From Candidatus Kapaibacterium sp. (GTDB lineage Bacteria; Verrucomicrobiota; Verrucomicrobiia; Limisphaerales; UBA9464): a stretch of 45,720 bases of DNA. Below the pieces are notes generated by a model that was given only the letters and a program-made list of their open reading frames with translations, was not told where the DNA came from and did not search any database. Shown one piece after another: positions 15,946 to 24,594 of this stretch (positions are counted from its first letter, which is position 1; each line of letters opens with the position of its first letter). Location of the stretch: NCBI GenBank assembly GCA_044339945.1, contig JBIIUN010000001.1:1-45720 (forward strand). The letters run 5' to 3'. A program made the position numbers and the translations under genes.

Positions 15946-16647
15946 TCAGTTCTCCACGAACCGGTAGCCAACTCCCCGGACCGTGTCGAGGTAACGACAG
16001 GCATCACCCAGCTTTTCGCGCAGCCGGCGCATGTGGGTATCCACGGTCCGGGTATCGATGAGGCTGTCGTATTCCCAGACATCGCGGAGGAGCTGTTCCC
16101 GGCTCTGCACCCGCCCACGACGGGAGGCCAAGGTGATCAGGAGCTTGAATTCGGTGGCGGTCAGGTCCACCCGTTTGCGGCAAACCGTGACCAGGTGCCG
16201 CGGGATGTCGATGAACAGGTCGCCGACGGAATACTGGTCGGGCTTCTCCTCGGAGACATTGCGGCGTTTCAGGAGATTTTTGACCCGCAGGACGAGTTCG
16301 CGCGGGCTGAAGGGCTTGGTGACGTAATCTTCCGCGCCCAATTCCAGGCCAAGCACCCGGTCAATCTCGCCGGCCTTCGCGGTCAGCATGATGATGGGGA
16401 TCGGCGCCGTGGCGGGATCGCGGCGGAGCAGCTTGCAGACCTCCAAGCCATCCACCTCGGGCAACATGACGTCCAGCAGGATAAGATCGGGCACATGTTG
16501 GCGGGCCTTCTTGAGCGCCTCGTTACCGTTGTCGGCCGTTACCACGTCGAAGCCAGCCGACTTCAGGTTGAAGCTGACCAACTCCAACGCATCCGGTTCA
16601 TCATCAACCACGAGAATCTTTGCCATGACGCGCGACTTGGTAGGCAT
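15946..16647 (-). CDS. OmpR/PhoB-family response regulator
   Basis: The receiver domain reads KILVVDDEPDALELV...LILLDVMLPEVDG...MLTAK. The winged-helix C-terminus ends GVGYRF. The start may be the internal ATG at 16626 (MAKILVVDD). A 6-nt gap separates it from the kinase gene. Confidence 0.9.
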   Translation of the reverse strand: MPTKSRVMAKILVVDDEPDALELVSFNLKSAGFDVVTADNGNEALKKARQHVPDLILLDVMLPEVDGLEVCKLLRRDPATAPIPIIMLTAKAGEIDRVLGLELGAEDYVTKPFSPRELVLRVKNLLKRRNVSEEKPDQYSVGDLFIDIPRHLVTVCRKRVDLTATEFKLLITLASRRGRVQSREQLLRDVWEYDSLIDTRTVDTHMRRLREKLGDACRYLDTVRGVGYRFVEN

Positions 16648-16716
16648 GGCGGGAAGCTACGCAATGGCAGCGAGGTTACAAGCCGGTGACATCCCATGGC
16701 CGGCACTCCCCGAGGC

Positions 16717-18012
16717 CTAGATGACGGTCCCATTGGGGATCACCGCCCCCTTGGGGATGACGAGCACTCCGTCGCGGATGTAGTAGAGCGGATGGTCGAC
16801 CTCGTTGGGCTTGCCGGCCGGAGACAGGCTGCAGCCCTCGCCAATGCGCGCATTCTTGTCCACGATGGCGTGTTCGATACGGGTGCCGGCACCGATCCCG
16901 ACAGGCACGCCCTGATGCTCCGGCCGCGCGGCCCGAGCTGGCGTGTCGTAGTAGTCTGCGCCCATCATCACGACCTTGTTGAGGTAGGAACCTTCCTGGA
17001 GGACGGAACGGATGCCGATCACGCTGTTCAGGATGCGGGCGCGGGTGACGATGCAGCCGTCGGAAATCGCCGCGTGGTCGATGGCCGCGCCATTGACCTT
17101 CGAGGGTGGCAGGAAACGCGGCCGGGTGAACACCGGTGGGTCGAAGAAATTGAACTTCGGCAGGTCGGCAGCCTGGTCCAAGCTGGCCTCAAAAAAGCTC
17201 CGGATCGTGCCGATGTCCTCCCAGTAGCCCTGATACACGTGGGAGAACACCCGCTTGTTCTCGATGGCGCCGGGGATGATGTGTTTGCCGAAGTCGGTCA
17301 GATTGTTGTTGAGCAACTCGAACAATACCTCGCGGTTGAAGACGTAGATGCCCATCGACGCGAGAAAGAGGTCGTCGTGGCTCTGAATGCCCAACGGCCC
17401 GTAGCTGGCACGATCGAGTTTCAGCGAGTCGAGCACCGCCGGGTCCTTCGGCTTTTCCACGAACTTCACGATCCGGCGCTCGGCGTTGATGTGCATGATG
17501 CCCAAGGCCGACGCGTCCCGCGCCGTCACCGGAATCGTCGCCACAGTCAGGTCCGCCGAGTTCGCCGCGTGCGCCTCGAGTATCTTCTGGAAATCCATCC
17601 GATACAGCTGGTCGCCCGAAAGGATCAGCGCGTAGTCGAACGGCGTGTTCTGGAAGTGCATCAGGTTCTTCCGCACGGCGTCGGCGGTTCCCTGATACCA
17701 GCTGGTGCTCGTGAAGCTCTGCTCGGCCGCCAGCAGCTCGACGAAGCCGCTGCCAAAGTGGTCGAACTTGTAGCTCTGCGAGACGTGCCGGTGCAGCGAG
17801 GCGGAGTTGAACTGCGTGAGCAGATACATCCGCATGATGCCGGAGTTGATGCAGTTCGAGATGGGGATATCCACCAGCCGATATTTGCCCGCGAGCGGCA
17901 CCGCCGGCTTGGCCCGGTCACGGGTGAGCGGAAACAGGCGGGTGCCCTGGCCGCCACCCATGATGACGGCAAGGGTGCGGCTTGAGAGATCGGTTTGGCG
18001 GGAGGTGGTCAT
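16717..18012 (-). CDS. glgC: Glucose-1-phosphate adenylyltransferase
   Basis: AVIMGGGQGTRLFPLTRDRAKPAVPLAGKYRLVDIPISNCINSG N-terminal signature, with a left-handed beta-helix C-terminal part. Confidence 0.9.
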   Translation of the reverse strand: MTTSRQTDLSSRTLAVIMGGGQGTRLFPLTRDRAKPAVPLAGKYRLVDIPISNCINSGIMRMYLLTQFNSASLHRHVSQSYKFDHFGSGFVELLAAEQSFTSTSWYQGTADAVRKNLMHFQNTPFDYALILSGDQLYRMDFQKILEAHAANSADLTVATIPVTARDASALGIMHINAERRIVKFVEKPKDPAVLDSLKLDRASYGPLGIQSHDDLFLASMGIYVFNREVLFELLNNNLTDFGKHIIPGAIENKRVFSHVYQGYWEDIGTIRSFFEASLDQAADLPKFNFFDPPVFTRPRFLPPSKVNGAAIDHAAISDGCIVTRARILNSVIGIRSVLQEGSYLNKVVMMGADYYDTPARAARPEHQGVPVGIGAGTRIEHAIVDKNARIGEGCSLSPAGKPNEVDHPLYYIRDGVLVIPKGAVIPNGTVI

Positions 18013-18098
18013 ACGCGGCGGCGACGAGGTTCAGCAGACACGGCGAGTCTTAGGTCGGAAGCAAAGTTCGCTCAAGTTGGGAACGGCAACAAATCTTG

Positions 18099-19418
18099 TC
18101 AGGGATAGAGCGGTTTCGGCTGCGCCGCCTGCCATTCCGCGGCGGACACGTTCTTCGTCACGTGGGTGAACACATAAACCCCGTGCTTGTTGCCCACGAG
18201 GATGTCCGGCTTGCCGTCCCCATTGTAGTCACGGGCCTTCACTTCCGTGCCGGTGCCGCTCAGGTCGTCCACTTGGTGCGGAATCCAGTCCACGGACTTG
18301 TCGGCATTGCGCCGGAGCTGGAACCAATACACGACCGGCGCGGCGTTGGGCTCGGGATCCCCTTCCGGACCATGCGCCCAGAAGCGTTTGCCGGTGACCA
18401 AGTCCTTGAGCCCGTCCCCGTCGATGTCCACGAGGTCAATCGCATGCAATTGGCTGAAGTGCGCGCCGTATTTGTTCTCCGCCGGGAGTTTGTTCATGAA
18501 GTTATGCTCCTTGAACTTGATCTCCCCGCCTTCGCGCACCTGCTCGAACCAGCTCAGGCCATAACCGTGGGCGGCAAGGCTCGTGATCACGTCATTCAAC
18601 CCGTCGCCGTTGACGTCGTAAGCATACATCTGGGCGCCGCCGACACCGAAGGTCCACTTGTGCAATTGCCACACCGGATCACCGGCGCGCGAGGCGGGCT
18701 GTTCCCACCAGCCGTCCTTCTCCAGGAGGTCCAGCCTGCCGTCCCCGTTGACGTCGCCCACGCCGAGGCCGTGGGTGTATTTGTGATAGTTGTTGTTGGG
18801 CGAAATCGGGTGCCACCGGAACAGCGCCGTCGGGTTGGCCGGATCCGGTTCGGCATAGCCATACGAGCCCTTGGACGAACACACGATCTCGGGTTTGCCG
18901 TCACCGGTGATATCCGTGAAATGGGGGGATTCGTTATCCGTGACCTCCAGCGCGACGTGCCGCTTCCAATGCCCGCCGGCAATCTTGGGATTCTCGAACC
19001 ACCAGGAATTCTCGCCCGGAAACCCCAAGATCAGGATGTCCGTCCAGCCGTCGCGATTGAAGTCATGGGTATGCGCGAAGAAATTGGCGGAATACTCGTT
19101 CTCGCTGCCCAGCCGCCCCTTGTAGCCCCGGAAGGTGACCGGCTGCCCGTTCTTCTTGCTCTGCGAAACCCGGTCCGCCGGCATGAACTCGTGCCGCGTC
19201 TTGAAATCCGGGCCCGCATACCAGAACGGCCCCGCCACCACGTCCTGCTTGCCATCCTTGTTGATGTCCCCAAACGCGGCTCCCTCGCTCCAGAATTCAT
19301 CGGTCAGCTGCTGCTTGGTGAACGAGTGCAGCACGGGCTTGCCGGCGGCTAGGACACCGGGAGACAGACAGGACCCGGCCACCAATGCGGTCGCCGCGGC
19401 AAGACGGAGGGATTGCAT
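18099..19418 (-). CDS. Secreted FG-GAP/VCBS-repeat protein
   Basis: Signal peptide MQSLRLAAATALVAGSCLSPGVLAA. Repeated Ca-binding-like loops: DINKDGKQDVV, FNRDGWTDILI, TGDGKPEIV, DVNGDGRLDLL, DVNGDGLNDVI, DIDGDGLKDLV, DYNGDGKPDILV. Confidence 0.8.
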   Translation of the reverse strand: MQSLRLAAATALVAGSCLSPGVLAAGKPVLHSFTKQQLTDEFWSEGAAFGDINKDGKQDVVAGPFWYAGPDFKTRHEFMPADRVSQSKKNGQPVTFRGYKGRLGSENEYSANFFAHTHDFNRDGWTDILILGFPGENSWWFENPKIAGGHWKRHVALEVTDNESPHFTDITGDGKPEIVCSSKGSYGYAEPDPANPTALFRWHPISPNNNYHKYTHGLGVGDVNGDGRLDLLEKDGWWEQPASRAGDPVWQLHKWTFGVGGAQMYAYDVNGDGLNDVITSLAAHGYGLSWFEQVREGGEIKFKEHNFMNKLPAENKYGAHFSQLHAIDLVDIDGDGLKDLVTGKRFWAHGPEGDPEPNAAPVVYWFQLRRNADKSVDWIPHQVDDLSGTGTEVKARDYNGDGKPDILVGNKHGVYVFTHVTKNVSAAEWQAAQPKPLYP

Positions 19419-19532
19419 GGCGCAAGTCTTCGGGAACGCCCCACGGGTGGGTCAAGGAGCGAATGGCGGCAATCCGCCGGCGATTGGTCGCCAACCTTGA
19501 CGCTGTGGCCGAGTTCCGCGACGACTCCCCGC

Positions 19533-19733
19533 GTGAAACTGACTTGGAAGGACCACGAGGAAATTGCCTGGGCGCTGATCGACAAGTTTCCCGACCAAGA
19601 CCCGCTTCGCCTCAGCTTTCCGAAACTGCATGCCCTCGTGTGCGCCCTGGAAGATTTTGGGGACAAACCCGAAGCCTCGAACGAGAAGATTTTGGAGAAC
19701 ATCCAGATGGCTTGGTATGAGGAAAAGCAGTGA
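19533..19733 (+). CDS. iscX: IscX (YfhJ)-family Fe-S assembly accessory protein homologue
   Basis: From in-frame GTG 19533 it gives 66 aa: (M)KLTWKDHEEIAWALIDKFPDQDPLRLSFPKLHALVCALEDFGDKPEASNEKILENIQMAWYEEKQ. It is collinear with E. coli IscX as I recall it (..[21 protein letters not shown]......H.WIC.LEDFDDDPQASNEKILEAI..W..E). Tracked ORF 19413.. is over-extended. Confidence 0.7.
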   Translation: MKLTWKDHEEIAWALIDKFPDQDPLRLSFPKLHALVCALEDFGDKPEASNEKILENIQMAWYEEKQ

Positions 19734-19762
19734 CCGCAGCAGCCGCTGAAAGCCCTCCCGCA

Positions 19763-20161
19763 ATGACCAAAGTAGCCATCAATCCCCCTGGCGCCGTTCC
19801 GCCGCTTGGGCCGTATTCCCACGCCATCCGCTTCGGTGACCTCCTGTTTTGCTCCGGCCAGGTCCCGATTGATCCCGCCAAGCCCGGCGGCGCCGTCGAA
19901 GGCGACATCCGGGCGCAAACCCGGCGGGTGCTGGAAAACGTGAAGCTGATCCTCGCCAGCGAAGGGTTGGGCTTCGAATCAGTGCTGAAGTCCACGGTGT
20001 TCATGACCAATCTCGCCGAATTCCAGGGCATGAACGAAGTTTACGCGGAATACTTTCCCGCCCCCTACCCCGCCCGGTCCACCGTGCAGGTCTCGGCCCT
20101 GCCTCGCGGCGCCAGCGTGGAGATAGAGGTTTTGGCCGCATTCGGCGCCAAAACGCCCTGA
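19763..20161 (+). CDS. ridA: RidA/YjgF/TdcF-family reactive-intermediate deaminase
   Basis: GPYSHAIRFGDLLFCSGQVPIDP...IRAQTRRVLENVKLILASEG...VLKSTVFMTNLAEFQGMNEVYAEYF...PARSTVQVSALPRGASVEIEVLA. ATG at 19763; an alternative GTG at 19730 overlaps the iscX stop. Confidence 0.85.
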   Translation: MTKVAINPPGAVPPLGPYSHAIRFGDLLFCSGQVPIDPAKPGGAVEGDIRAQTRRVLENVKLILASEGLGFESVLKSTVFMTNLAEFQGMNEVYAEYFPAPYPARSTVQVSALPRGASVEIEVLAAFGAKTP

Positions 20162-20181
20162 CTTCGCCCCGGATTTGCCGG

Positions 20182-20209
20182 TTGACTCGGAGAGTTTTGT
20201 CCGTGCAAT
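20182..20209 (+). promoter_or_regulatory. Candidate sigma-70-type promoter for the RRM-protein gene (TTGACT - 16 nt - TGCAAT)
   Basis: TTGACT at 20182-20187 and TGCAAT at 20204-20209. This would give a leader of ~130 nt. The call rests on sequence pattern only. Confidence 0.25.
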
Positions 20210-20344
20210 AAGCCCCGGCCGCGCAGAGATGCGGAGTCGGTGTCGGTTGACGGTTTGTCCGGCGAAAACGCCCAGGCAATCAGCAATCTGCCCGTGGCAG
20301 ATTCCCATCCGGCCTTTGAAGCGGTCACAAAGCTCGGCAGCAGT

Positions 20345-20836
20345 ATGGACAACAATTGCAGGCTATTCGTAGGAAACCTGTCGTTTCAGACCCTCGAAGG
20401 CGACCTCCAAAACCACTTCAGCGCCGCTGGCGTGGTGGTCAACGTCAACCTGATGCTCGACAAGTTCACGGGCCGTTCCCGCGGCTTCGCCTTTGTCGAA
20501 TTCGGCAGTCCCGAAGAAGCCCATAAGGCCGTCGAAATGTTCCACGGCAAGGAGCTCGGTGGCCGGGCCCTGACCGTGAACATCGCCCGCCCGCGCGAGG
20601 AACGTCCTCCCGGTGGTGGGGGTGGCTTCCGAGGCGGCGGTGGCGGCGGTTTCCGCGGTGGTGGGGGCGGTGGCTATCGCGGGGATCGCGGCGGTGATGA
20701 CCGGGGCGGCGGTGGCGGTGGCTGGCGGGGTGATCGCGGCGGCGATCGGGGAGGAGACCGGGGCGGTTGGCGCGGCGATAGGGGCGGCGGCCGCGGCGGC
20801 GACCAATGGGCCGGCGACGGCGGCGATCGCTACTGA
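20345..20836 (+). CDS. RRM-domain RNA-binding protein with a long RGG/Gly-Arg-rich tail
   Basis: RNP-2 is RLFVGNLSF and RNP-1 is SRGFAFVEF. The tail reads GGGGGFRGGGGGGFRGGGGGGYRGDRGGDDRGGGGGGWRGDRGGDRGGDRGGWRGDRGGGRGG. ATG at 20345. Confidence 0.85.
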   Translation: MDNNCRLFVGNLSFQTLEGDLQNHFSAAGVVVNVNLMLDKFTGRSRGFAFVEFGSPEEAHKAVEMFHGKELGGRALTVNIARPREERPPGGGGGFRGGGGGGFRGGGGGGYRGDRGGDDRGGGGGGWRGDRGGDRGGDRGGWRGDRGGGRGGDQWAGDGGDRY

Positions 20837-20870
20837 ACAAATCCGACGCGAACGCCGGAACAGATTTCAG

Positions 20871-20899
20871 GGCCGCCGGGATTTCCGGCGGCCTTTTTC
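20871..20899 (+). terminator. Rho-independent terminator of the RRM-protein gene
   Basis: ggccgccgg-gattt-ccggcggcc gives a perfect 9-bp GC stem, followed by ttttt. Confidence 0.8.
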
Positions 20900-20968
20900 A
20901 TGTTCGCAGCCATAAACGGTTTGACTCAGATTTTTGGGGTCCGTAGCGTCCGCCCACAGAATTTTCCT

Positions 20969-21361
20969 ATGGCCGATCCCAATACTCCCGTTCCGCCAGC
21001 TCCGGAACCGCCGAAGCCCGCGGATGCCGCCGCCAAGAAGCAGACCGTCCGCATCAGCCTGCCGCCGAAGCCGGCCGGTGGTCCGTCCATCAAGATTCCA
21101 GCTCCGGCCGCGGCCCCCGCCGCAGCACCTGCTGCGGCCGCCACGGCAGCCGCCCCCGCAGCGCCTTCGGCCGCTGCTCCGGCTGCGCCTGCCAAACCAG
21201 CGACTCCCGCCGCGCCAGCGCCCGCCCGGCCAGCCCCTGCCCCGGCTCGTGCCTCCGCCCCAGCGGTCAGCGGAATTGACGTCGGGTTGGCATTCGCGAC
21301 TGTCGTGTTGGCCATTGGCACCATTGTCAGTCTCCTATTCTTGGTGCCGACAGCCTCTTGA
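20969..21361 (+). CDS. Pro/Ala-rich tail-anchored hypothetical protein
   Basis: MADPNTPVPPAPEPPKPADAAAKKQTVRISLPPKPAGG... is followed by low-complexity (PA)n and a C-terminal TM segment, IDVGLAFATVVLAIGTIVSLLFLV. It ends 4 nt before trxA. Low complexity makes the coding call only moderate. Confidence 0.5.
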   Translation: MADPNTPVPPAPEPPKPADAAAKKQTVRISLPPKPAGGPSIKIPAPAAAPAAAPAAAATAAAPAAPSAAAPAAPAKPATPAAPAPARPAPAPARASAPAVSGIDVGLAFATVVLAIGTIVSLLFLVPTAS

Positions 21362-21364
21362 ACC

Positions 21365-21700
21365 ATGGCTAGCGACAAAATTTTGACCGTCACCGAGGCA
21401 AATTTCGGTGAAACCGTATTGAAGTCATCCAAGCCCGTGCTGGTGGATTTCTGGGCCGAATGGTGCGGCCCCTGCCGCATGCTGGCCCCGCTGCTCGACG
21501 AACTCGCCGGCGAATACGACGGCAAGGCGTCCATCGGCAAAGTCAACGTCGACCAAGAACAGGGCTTGGCCGTGCAGTTTGGCATCACCGGCATTCCGGC
21601 ATTGCTGATCTTCAAGAACGGTCAGGTCGTCGGCCAGTTGGTCGGCATGCGGCCGAAAGGCGCCTTGAAGCAAGCCTTGGATAGCGCCATTGCCGGCTGA
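21365..21700 (+). CDS. trxA: Thioredoxin
   Basis: VLVDFWAEWCGPCRMLAP active site, GIPALLIFKNGQ block, 111 aa. Confidence 0.95.
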   Translation: MASDKILTVTEANFGETVLKSSKPVLVDFWAEWCGPCRMLAPLLDELAGEYDGKASIGKVNVDQEQGLAVQFGITGIPALLIFKNGQVVGQLVGMRPKGALKQALDSAIAG

Positions 21701-21722
21701 TCCCGGCCCCCCCCCTTCCCGA

Positions 21723-21754
21723 CCCCGCGGCAATCCCGCGGGGTTTCTTTTTTC
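21723..21754 (+). terminator. Rho-independent terminator of trxA
   Basis: ccccgcgg-caatc-ccgcgggg gives an 8-bp stem, followed by tttcttttttc. Confidence 0.8.
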
Positions 21755-21898
21755 GGCGGACCGGCGCAACGCCCAAGTAATCCGGCCCCACCGGGACTGA
21801 ACCACCATTACTGGGGGAAAAATCAAAACCGCATTGCAGCCAATTGGGCGCCGCGCATACTCCCGCCATCTTCCGACCTTCCAATCGGTTTCCCATCC

Positions 21899-22507
21899 AT
21901 GATTGAGTGGAACATCCAGTCTCGCGGCCACGTTTGTTTCGTTTCCGGACACCCATTTTCCGAAGGCGAAGCCTTCCATACCGTGCTGCTGGACCAGCGA
22001 CAGGGTTTTGAACGCCTCGATCTAACTTTGGAGGCTTGGAAGTCGCACGGCCCCGAGATTCTGGGCCGCCCGAATCTGGTTTCCCACTGGAGCGGAGTCT
22101 ACCACGCCCCACCGGCCCGACCGCCCGAAGCCATCCGTAAGGATGACGCCGAATCGCTCTTGCGAAAACTTCTGGAACGGCGTGATGAGAACTTTGCGGC
22201 GGCTTGCTTCATCCTGGCCGCCATGCTCGAGCGAAAACGAGTGCTGAAGGTCAAGGCGCAACTCCGCGAGGAGGGCCGCCGGATATTCGTTTACGAGCAG
22301 CCTTCGTCCGGGGACATCTTCACCATCGCCGACCCCAACCTGCAATTGCATCAGTTGGACCAGATACAACACCAGGTCGCCGACCTGCTGGCCCATGGGC
22401 TGCCCGGCGACGGCGCCCCAAACGAGGAACCCTTTAATCCGCCCAGCGAGCTCGTCTCCCTGGCCCCGGCCGCAGTGCCAGCCGTCTGCGACGCCCCCAT
22501 CCCGTGA
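21899..22507 (+). CDS. Uncharacterised protein translationally coupled to rnc
   Basis: A 202-aa ORF with ordinary amino-acid composition (MIEWNIQSRGHVCFVSGHPFSEGEAFHTVLLDQRQGFERLDL...AACFILAAMLERKRVLKVKAQLREEGRRIFVYEQ...). Its TGA overlaps the rnc GTG (GTGA at 22504-22507). I recognise no family. Confidence 0.65.
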   Translation: MIEWNIQSRGHVCFVSGHPFSEGEAFHTVLLDQRQGFERLDLTLEAWKSHGPEILGRPNLVSHWSGVYHAPPARPPEAIRKDDAESLLRKLLERRDENFAAACFILAAMLERKRVLKVKAQLREEGRRIFVYEQPSSGDIFTIADPNLQLHQLDQIQHQVADLLAHGLPGDGAPNEEPFNPPSELVSLAPAAVPAVCDAPIP

Positions 22508-23220
22508 TCAATACCGATCAACTCGAAGAAGCGCTGGGCTATCGGTTCAAGGACCGCAACCTGCTGATCCTATCCCTGACCCATCCGTCGATTGCGCATG
22601 AAGCTGGGGTCGGCCACTTACAGCAACACAACCAGCGACTCGAATTCCTGGGGGATGCCGTGTTGCAGTTGGTGGTAACCAGCGAACTTTATTCCCGCTT
22701 CCCCACTTACGGTGAGGGGCCGCTGACCCAAGCCCGGGCGCAAATGGTAAACCGGCTCGCTTTGGCCGCACACGCCCGACGTCTGAACCTTGGCAACTTC
22801 CTAATCCTCAGCCGCGGAGAGGAATCAACCGGGGGACGGGTGCGAACCTCCACCGTGGCCGACGCATTTGAGGCGCTCGTGGGTGCCGTCTATCTCGATG
22901 CTGGCTTTGATGTGGTCCGGTCGCTGGTGCTGAGCCTGTTCCGCGACTCATTCGGCGCGGTCAACGAGTTGCCCAATTTGGACAATCCCAAGGGCGAGTT
23001 GCAGGAGTTGCTCCAAGCCCGCTCCCCGGAACCACCCCGTTACGAGCAACTCTCAGCGAGCGGCCCCGACCACAACCGCCAGTTTGAAAGCGCAGTTTAC
23101 CACGAGGGTGTTGAACTTGGGCGCGGACTGGGCCGGTCAAAGAAGTTGGCCGAAAGCGCTGCGGCGTTGGCCGCCCTCCAAGGACTCAAAGCTTCCGGGC
23201 GTCTCCCTACCCACCCCTAG
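22504..23220 (+). CDS. rnc: Ribonuclease III
   Basis: NQRLEFLGDAVLQLVVTSELY catalytic signature, ADAFEALVGAVYLD block, and a C-terminal dsRBD (KGELQELLQ...GRGLGRSKKLAESAAA). Confidence 0.95.
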   Translation: MINTDQLEEALGYRFKDRNLLILSLTHPSIAHEAGVGHLQQHNQRLEFLGDAVLQLVVTSELYSRFPTYGEGPLTQARAQMVNRLALAAHARRLNLGNFLILSRGEESTGGRVRTSTVADAFEALVGAVYLDAGFDVVRSLVLSLFRDSFGAVNELPNLDNPKGELQELLQARSPEPPRYEQLSASGPDHNRQFESAVYHEGVELGRGLGRSKKLAESAAALAALQGLKASGRLPTHP

Positions 23221-24560
23221 GGAAACGCTGATTGATTCGCCTCCTTTTTCGCTGCTGGTCTTGCGCCTGCTGAGGTTTGGGCATGGAACGCCAGCTGAGT
23301 TTTGCCCAGTCGGAGTATGCGCGGAAGAAGAAGACCACACGGCGCGACAAGTTCTTGGCGGAGATGGAGGCGGTGGTGCCGTGGGCGCGGCTGGTGGCGC
23401 TGATCGCGCCGCACTATCCTCAGGGCCAGCGCAGCCGGCCGCCCCTCGGCGTCGAGCGGATGCTGCGCGTCTATTTTCTCCAGCAGTGGTATGGGCTGGC
23501 CGACGAGGCGTTGGAGGACACGATCTATGACAGCCAGGCGATGCGCGGCTTTGTGGGTGTTGATCTGGGCGCCGAAGGCGCGCCCGACGCCACCACGCTG
23601 CTGCACTTCCGTCATCTGCTGGAGCAGCACGAACTGACCCGGAGCCTATTGGCGGAGGTCAACGCGCTGCTGACCGAGCGGGGCCTACTGCTGCGCACGG
23701 GCACGCTGGTGGACGCCACCATCATCGCCGCGCCCAGCTCGACCAAGAACCGGGAGCGCCGGCGCGACCCGGAGATGCACCAGGCCAAGAAGGGCAATCA
23801 GTGGCATTTCGGCATGAAGGCGCACCTCGGCGCCGACGCGGACTCGGGCCTGGTGCACCGGGTGGTGGGCACGGCGGCCCACGTGTCGGACCTCAGCCAG
23901 ACGCATGCGCTTCTGCATGGGGAGGAAAAGGTGGCGCATGCCGACGCGGGCTACACCGGAGTGGAGAAAAGGCCGGAAATCGTGGCGCAACACCCCCCCG
24001 TGGAATGGCGGGTGGCGGCGCGGCGGAGCAAAATCAAGGCGCTGGCCGAGGGCTGGGCCAAAGACCTGACGCAAGCCTTCGAGAAGCTCAAGGCCCGGGT
24101 GCGGGCGCGGGTCGAGCATCCCTTCCACATCGTCAAGAACCTGTTTCACCACCGGAAGGTGCGCTATCGGGGCTGGCCAAGAATACCGCCCAACTGCACG
24201 TGCTCTTCGCCTTGGCCAATCTGGTCATCGCCAAGCGCACGCTGCTGGCCACGGCCCGGGCCTGAAAAGCGGCCGGGCCACCGGCGCACGGCTCGAAGAG
24301 CCAGCCCTTGCGCTCCACGCGGCCTCGCCGCGTTGGCCGGACCCGCTCCGAACCATCCCCAGCACCGCCATCGGGTCTCCCGCGCCAGGCAAACTCAGCG
24401 CCAATTCACCACCGACGCACCCGCCTTATTCAGCGCCTCCATAAATTCAGAAACCAAATTCACGGAAGAACCGGAAGACTCATCCAAGAATCGATTCCTG
24501 CCACCCCATTTTTCTGGATCCGACTACCGTACTTGCAGACGCTAATCGACCAGTATCCCT
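23221..24560 (+). mobile_element. IS5-family (IS5-group) insertion sequence between rnc and the rplQ terminator; ends not resolved
   Basis: It contains the transposase at 23283-24265. The only candidate terminal inverted repeat, ggaaacgctgattgattcgcc (23221-) versus the reverse complement of cgctaatcgaccagtatccc (-24559), matches at about 13 of 21 positions. No matching 4-bp target duplication was found (left flank is ctag), so the right boundary is a guess. Confidence 0.45.
23283..24265 (+). pseudogene. IS5-group DDE transposase with a -1 frameshift near the C-terminus
   Basis: MERQLSFAQSEYARKKKTTRRDKFLAEMEAVVPW...TLVDATIIAAPSSTKN...RDPEMHQAKKGNQWHFGMKAH...ADAGY...RVRARVEHPFHIVKNLF is collinear with E. 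coli IS5 transposase. After ...VRYRG the family-typical tail LAKNTAQLHVLFALANLVIAKRTLLATARA* continues in another frame (ORF 23801..24265). The shift maps to the G4 run at 24169-24172. Confidence 0.8.
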
Positions 24561-24594
24561 TCACCAGCCGGAAGGTATCGATTTGGAACTCATT

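Noticed and set aside
20363-21615. Alternate-frame and antisense ORFs over the RGG tail and the Pro/Ala-rich gene (20363..20806, 20466..20840, 20613..20915, 20926..21615, 20934..21386).
   Set aside because: These are low-complexity GC-rich repeats that read open in all frames. Only the frames with the RRM domain and with the TM-anchored product next to trxA are supported.
23221-24560. Terminal inverted repeats and a target-site duplication for the IS5 element.
   Set aside because: The best candidate arms match at only about 13 of 21 positions. The left-flank ctag is not repeated at the proposed right end. The boundary is therefore reported as unresolved rather than as a finding.
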